A DNA stretch of 21,791 nt from the NCBI GenBank assembly GCA_048939015.1, contig JBHLPW010000071.1, forward strand, positions 1 through 21,791. Reading direction: 5' to 3'. Shown in pieces: positions 17,601-21,791 of the stretch. A program made the translations under genes and the position numbers. The stretch comes from Promethearchaeota archaeon (GTDB taxonomy: Archaea; Asgardarchaeota; Lokiarchaeia; Sigyniarchaeales; SOKP01). Numbering within the stretch: position 1 is the first letter of the stretch; each line of letters starts with the position of its first letter. The notes beneath the pieces were generated by a model. The model had not been told where the DNA came from, searched no databases, and was given only the letters and a program-made list of their open reading frames with translations.

Positions 17601-17935
17601 TTATATTTCTTAAGAATTCCCAGTTCACTCAGTTCAACACCTACATTTAATGCCGTTTGACCCCCAAAAGCAAGTAAAATCCCATCAGGATTCTCCTTTT
17701 TGATTACTTCTTCTACATAATCTACATTGATCGGTAAGAGATAGACTTTATCTGATAATTGAGGATCTGTTTGTATAGTTGCAATATTTGGATTGATTAA
17801 AACAGTCTCGATGCCTTCTTCTTTAAGTGCTTTGAGAACTTGAGAACCACTATAATCAAATTCTCCTGCCTGACCAATTCTAATGCCCCCACTCCCTAAC
17901 ACAAGAGCTTTTTTGATTGTTTTATCTAATGGCAT
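14621..17935 (-). CDS. carB: Carbamoyl-phosphate synthase large subunit
   Basis: GSGGIRIGQAGEFDYSG, NPNIATIQTD, two ATP-grasp domains (EVNARLSRSS; RPSYVLSG, ECNLRSSRS) and a C-terminal MGS domain. Confidence 0.98.
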   Translation of the reverse strand: MPLDKTIKKALVLGSGGIRIGQAGEFDYSGSQVLKALKEEGIETVLINPNIATIQTDPQLSDKVYLLPINVDYVEEVIKKENPDGILLAFGGQTALNVGVELSELGILKKYNVRVLGTPIEAIEATEDRDLFVQAMDASEVKVCKSRAVSSYSDALKAAKEIGFPCMIRVAYTLGGRGSGICNNMREFEKMAKKGLAQSRINQILIEESIWGWKEIEYEVVRDAEDNCFINCNMENFDPVGIHTGESIVVAPSQTLTNEEYQMLRSASIRVIRNLGIIGECNIQYGLDPFSKEFRAIEVNARLSRSSALASKATGYPLAYIAAKLAIGYTLPELKNKITGITTACFEPALDYLVLKIPRWDLTKFQRVDRKIGSQMKSVGEVMSIGRTFEEVLQKALRMLDIGVKGLVGNDIKEIKDINELKFTLANPTDLRVFRLVEAIRQGISIDEIYQLSRIDKWFLYKINNILDIERSLKSIDFLEATDEEKLYNFERAKRFGFSDGQIAKIMGLDVITIRQILKRKYQIQPYVKRIDTLAAEWPAITNYLYLTYAASEHDIDFEKENKQNMKKVVVLGSGTYRIGASVEFDWGSVNCLWGLKKLGIDQAIMINYNPETVSTDYDTSDKLYFEELSGERVLDIVELEKADGVVVSVGGQIAQNLAAKFSKYSEFFRKVNLNVLGTHGSRIDMAEDRSKFSNLLDQLKIKQPQWSMLTNKEEALRFAKKVGYPVLVRPSYVLSGAAMRVSYDEKTLRDTLDLAAAVSQEYPVVITKFFTGAREIEADGVSDGTNVFIGAIVEHIENAGVHSGDATMSIPPQTVNDNIINIIEKNTREIALALKIRGPFNVQYLIKDDEVFVIECNLRSSRSMPYVSKTRGINLMRLAAEVFMGAKIPHRIMELPYGKYVSIKAPMFSFMRLDKADPVLGVEMASTGEVACIGEDFSDALIKSLEAAEMNIPIHGGNVLISVGGKELKQQVIPLAKKLKDLGFTIFATEDTAVTLKNNGIYAVKLYKIHEYGMEPNIMGCLQNGAIDLVINIPFPTTIKEKFRTIMEDEYKIRRMAVDYNLPVIINLQLAKALIGAIEKIRRKKLEIKSLNEYHRTLKEIYW

Positions 17936-19074
17936 TAAGAACTCAACCCCATATTTTTTATGAATTTATCGAATAAATATAATGAATCTAAAGGTCCTGG
18001 ACAAGCTTCTGGGTGAAATTGAACTGCAAAAAGAGGTTTATTTATATGTTCAATACCTTCATTGGAATTATCATCAATATTTCTTAAGATTTCTTTAAAG
18101 CCACCTTTCTCAAAATCTTTTACGCAAAAGCCGTGATTTTGAGAAGTGATGTAGCATTTTTTTGATTGATTATTAATAACAGTTTTATTACCACCTCGAT
18201 GACCATATTTAAGTTTATAAGAAGCTCCTCCTGCTCCCAATGCTATAATTTGATTTCCTAAGCAAATACCCATAGTGGGGATACTTTGTTCGATAAGTCT
18301 TCTACTCACTTCGATTGCACTTTTACATAATGCTGGATCGCCGGGACCGTTGGATATGAAAATTCCATCGGGATTATAAGACATAATTTTCTCATATGAA
18401 TAATTATATGGTACAACAATGACCTCTAGGTTTCTTTCGACGAGATTTCGCAAAATATTAAGTTTAACTCCCATATCTAATAGTACTACAGTACCAAAAG
18501 GATTTAATGGCTTATAAATCATAACTTCTTTTGTTGAAACTTCACTTACAAGATGTCGAAGATTAGGATCTTCCGCTTTAATTGCGATTTGCTTCAAATT
18601 ATCAATATCTGGTTTCTCTCCAATATCATAAACTGCAAGTAGCCCAACTTGGACCCCTTCTTCACGTAATATTTTAGTTATCGCTCTAGTGTCGATCCAT
18701 TCGATTCCTGGAACATCTTGTTCGGTTAAGAATTCATCGAGATTTTTAACACTTTGATAATGACTAGGATGTTTACAACACTCATTCACAACATAACCGG
18801 TTACCTTAATAGATTCTGACTCAAAATATTTAGTAATGCCATATTTATCCTTTTCCCATGGAGGAACTCCATAGTTACCTACGAGTGGATGGGTCATTAC
18901 AACAATTTGGCCCCAATACGATGGATCTGTGAGTGTTTCAAGATAACCTGCACCAGTCATAGTATTAAAAACTAATTCACCTGTAACAATTTTCGTCGCT
19001 CCAAATCCAATTCCTTGAAAATAACGACCATCTTGAAGCATCAATATAGCGGGTCTTTCTTTCTTATAGTGCAT
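17935..19074 (-). CDS. carA: Carbamoyl-phosphate synthase small (glutaminase) subunit
   Basis: LTDPSY, SNGPGDP, catalytic GICLG, SQNHGF and QFHPEA motifs. TAATG overlap with carB. Confidence 0.98.
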   Translation of the reverse strand: MHYKKERPAILMLQDGRYFQGIGFGATKIVTGELVFNTMTGAGYLETLTDPSYWGQIVVMTHPLVGNYGVPPWEKDKYGITKYFESESIKVTGYVVNECCKHPSHYQSVKNLDEFLTEQDVPGIEWIDTRAITKILREEGVQVGLLAVYDIGEKPDIDNLKQIAIKAEDPNLRHLVSEVSTKEVMIYKPLNPFGTVVLLDMGVKLNILRNLVERNLEVIVVPYNYSYEKIMSYNPDGIFISNGPGDPALCKSAIEVSRRLIEQSIPTMGICLGNQIIALGAGGASYKLKYGHRGGNKTVINNQSKKCYITSQNHGFCVKDFEKGGFKEILRNIDDNSNEGIEHINKPLFAVQFHPEACPGPLDSLYLFDKFIKNMGLSS

Positions 19075-19186
19075 TGACTCTTTTGTAAGGCTTTTCTTTT
19101 ATTTCTCTAAAAAAAAGATAGCTAATCCTATTTTTTAATATTATTTATTAACTAGTTAAATAAAGAGAACTAGAAATAAAGCTATT

Positions 19187-20236
19187 CTATAAATTGGTAG
19201 ATTTAGGATTTTGTTCCTCAAGATTACCTAATGATTTGTAATAATCAAGTTTTACGGTCTTTATTGATTCTATAATCGGTTCTAAAGCTATATTGTCGAA
19301 ATTATCAAACCAGGTATATTTTTTTTTTGATTCATTTAAAACTATTATATTATTATCTAATAAAAAAGAGGGATCTAATATATTATGATTCCCATCATTT
19401 AAGAATTTAAGGTTTTGGAGCATACACTCAAGTAAATCATCATAGAAAAGTAGTGGAATGTATTTTATTTCCAGTGGTTTTAATTCATTTAATATAAAAC
19501 TCTTATTGTCCATATGGTCTACAAAACCTTTTTCAGAAAGATCAAAAACATCAATATCTACAAGTTCGGGATGGTATTGAATTTGTTTAACTTTTTTCCC
19601 TTTTTTTCTGTATATTGCTTCCTTTTCTTTGTAGAGCTTAACGTTTGATTCTGTATTTGTTGTTTCAATTATAATAGAATTTTCTTTCAATCTTTTATCG
19701 CAAATATCTGAAACAATTTGACAGTATTCTGTAGCAGCACTTGAAAGATCTTCATCATTGAGTTTTGCTTTTAAAACCGTATGAATATAGGCTCGTATAA
19801 ATGCTGAAAAATCTTCTTCAAGGTATCTCAATTTAGCATATAAAAATTTTGTAGAATTCCACCAGTTTTGTGTTTTTTCGAGATTTAGTGATACAAAAAA
19901 GTTTTCATGCCCTCGAATCTCTGTAAAATATAAAAGTCTTTCAAAACCATATTGAAGAAAGGAAGTTGGGTTAACTGTGGCGGTAAGATTATCCATGAGT
20001 GAGAAATTGATTGGTTCCCTCGGTCGAATTAAAAGTGATTTTTCCCCATTAAAAACACGATCAACTCTCATGGGCAATGGCATAATGGGATTTGAATTTA
20101 TTTTTTCTAATAGTTTTCTATGAAGTCCATTTTTGAAAATGGAAAGATCAGGGGGAAAAATTTCGATGTAAAAGAAGAATGGGGCAGCATCAAACTTATA
20201 TGTTTTGAACTTATGAAGAGGTTTTATATTGTTCAC
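19187..20236 (-). CDS. Hypothetical soluble protein
   Basis: 349-aa ORF with a GTG start and no TM segments or recognisable motif. The N-terminal block PIMPLPMRVDRVFNG looks conserved. Confidence 0.8.
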   Translation of the reverse strand: MNNIKPLHKFKTYKFDAAPFFFYIEIFPPDLSIFKNGLHRKLLEKINSNPIMPLPMRVDRVFNGEKSLLIRPREPINFSLMDNLTATVNPTSFLQYGFERLLYFTEIRGHENFFVSLNLEKTQNWWNSTKFLYAKLRYLEEDFSAFIRAYIHTVLKAKLNDEDLSSAATEYCQIVSDICDKRLKENSIIIETTNTESNVKLYKEKEAIYRKKGKKVKQIQYHPELVDIDVFDLSEKGFVDHMDNKSFILNELKPLEIKYIPLLFYDDLLECMLQNLKFLNDGNHNILDPSFLLDNNIIVLNESKKKYTWFDNFDNIALEPIIESIKTVKLDYYKSLGNLEEQNPKSTNL

Positions 20237-20367
20237 CAGTTAAATGATATTCTTTGCTATTTTAAATTAATGTAGAGATGTTATTAATTAATAGTATTTA
20301 CAAATATCTTAAATTATTGGTTGAAATATAAAAAAAGATAAAGAAAATAAAAAATTTAAATTATAAT

Positions 20368-21429
20368 TTATTTAATGAAGCTGTGAGCCTTTTTTAAGCG
20401 ATTTTCCGCATCCTGAACTAGACCTTCAATAATTTTTTTAACCGATTCTACACTTTTAATAATCCCTATACTCTGGCCTAATAAAACCGCTCCAGAATTA
20501 ATATCTCCTGTGTACGCTGCTTCATAAGCTTTTCCTTCAGCTATTATATCTTCATCAGTCATGCTTGCTTCTTCCGCCATTTTTTCTGCTTTATCTGCTA
20601 CAAGTCCATGATGTAGAGAATAATCATTTTTCCAAAGTCTAATTGGCCCTAATGCCCCAGTTACTAATACTGTATCTTGAGCTTTTGCAGGGGGTACAAC
20701 TGATTTATATGTGTCGTGAAATTCACTTTCTTTAGACGCAATAAATCTAGAACCCATCGCTATAGCTCCAGCACCCATCGATAATGCCGCAGCAAGGCCT
20801 TCACCCGTAGCAAAACCACCACATGCTATTATTGGAAAATCAGGATATTTTTCTAAAACTTGCTGAAGTAAGACTAAAGTGCTAACCTTCTCAAATGATT
20901 GATGGCCCCCACCTTCACCACCAGTTACCACCATCCCATCAACATTAGATGCAACACATTTATCAGCCAGCCATAATGCGGGCGCTACATGAAAGTGTTT
21001 AATATTGGAACCACTTTGTTTTAACTTTTGAAATGACTTTGATTCTGGTAAGATTTTTGAGGATCCCGCACTCGTAATTGCGTATACACATTGTTCCTTT
21101 AGTTTAGGATTTGACATTATAAACTCAGGAATATCTGTAATTAACTCAGCTATATGAGGTTCTCTTCGCGAAGTCCTGATATTAAAACCAAAAGGCTTAT
21201 CAGTATGCTCAACAACATTGAGCATATTTTCTTTCATTATATCTACTGGATTTTTTCCTTTCGTTAAATCGCTTAAGAGTTCACTATGACTTAACACGCC
21301 TAAACCACCTGCTTCAGAAACAGCAATAGTCAATTCGGTGGTGTAGAAGGGTCCCATAGGAGCAGCTACAATGGGATGTTTAATTCCAAACATTTTAGTT
21401 ATATTAGTTTCTAAAACCATATCTATCAT
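20368..21429 (-). CDS. Nitronate monooxygenase / FabK-like enoyl reductase family FMN flavoprotein
   Basis: HPIVAAPMG, AVSEAGGLG, PFGFN, GGEGGGH (catalytic His), PIIACGGF, ALSMGA, MGSRF and GQSIG motifs. The start may be ATG 21420. Confidence 0.9.
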   Translation of the reverse strand: MIDMVLETNITKMFGIKHPIVAAPMGPFYTTELTIAVSEAGGLGVLSHSELLSDLTKGKNPVDIMKENMLNVVEHTDKPFGFNIRTSRREPHIAELITDIPEFIMSNPKLKEQCVYAITSAGSSKILPESKSFQKLKQSGSNIKHFHVAPALWLADKCVASNVDGMVVTGGEGGGHQSFEKVSTLVLLQQVLEKYPDFPIIACGGFATGEGLAAALSMGAGAIAMGSRFIASKESEFHDTYKSVVPPAKAQDTVLVTGALGPIRLWKNDYSLHHGLVADKAEKMAEEASMTDEDIIAEGKAYEAAYTGDINSGAVLLGQSIGIIKSVESVKKIIEGLVQDAENRLKKAHSFIK

Positions 21430-21552
21430 TCTCTTTTTATTAAGTATTTTTATTACTCAGAATTATTTTATTATTATTTAATTAAGAAGAACTTATTAAA
21501 TATACATATTTCATTTATAGATCATTTATCAAGTTTCATTTATTAATCAAAA

Positions 21553-21791
21553 ATGAAAGAAATTAGTTATAAAGATTATTATAACAGAGTTTTAGGTTCA
21601 TGGATTGGACGTGTTGTTGGAGATTTCGTAGGTATACCTGTTGAATTAATGTCCTATGAGAATATTAAAAATAAATATGGTGAAATTACAAATTATCCAG
21701 AACCAATAAATCATGATCATGTTAATGATGATGAAACGTATGAGATTATTGCTTTAATAGCATTAGAAAAATATGGTATTGATATTACAGC
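21553..21791 (+). CDS. ADP-ribosylglycohydrolase family protein, 3'-truncated
   Basis: Hand translation MKEISYKDYYNRVLGSWIGRVVGDFVGIPVE...VNDDETYE matches the family N-terminal GxxxGxxxGDxxGxPxE motif and the metal-binding DD motif. Runs off the window. Confidence 0.85.
   Translation, partial: MKEISYKDYYNRVLGSWIGRVVGDFVGIPVELMSYENIKNKYGEITNYPEPINHDHVNDDETYEIIALIALEKYGIDIT

Noticed and set aside
1-21791. tRNA, rRNA, CRISPR arrays, transposons
   Set aside because: No GC-rich structured island, regularly spaced repeats, transposase or integrase ORFs were seen; intergenic regions are short and AT-rich.

Overview
Very AT-rich, gene-dense prokaryotic window. It is most likely from an archaeon of the Asgard (Lokiarchaeia/Promethearchaeia-like) group; this is an inference from the membrane-plus-longin-like protein, GGTGA-type RBS motifs, oligo-T terminators and a CarB with eukaryote-type signatures. 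From left to right it carries: a 5'-truncated glutamate-synthase-like GATase-II/GXGXG fusion translationally coupled to etfB and a ferredoxin-fused etfA (bifurcating-type ETF); glutamine-dependent NAD synthetase; an unknown membrane protein; an asymmetric heterodimeric ABC exporter; a GNAT; two small genes missed by the ORF track (a 46-aa GTG ORF and a 94-aa stand-alone Lrp/AsnC RAM-domain protein with an apparent ATT start); a 7TM-longin-like-HisKA-HATPase sensor kinase with a DivK-like single receiver; carAB; an unknown soluble protein; a nitronate-monooxygenase/FabK-family flavoprotein; and the 5' part of an ADP-ribosylglycohydrolase. The best candidates for novelty are the 7TM-longin histidine kinase system with its divergent RAM protein, and the ETF-coupled split glutamate synthase, which has a possible frameshift-released ferredoxin. 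No RNA genes, CRISPR arrays or mobile elements were seen. All domain calls come from visual motif recognition, not database searches.
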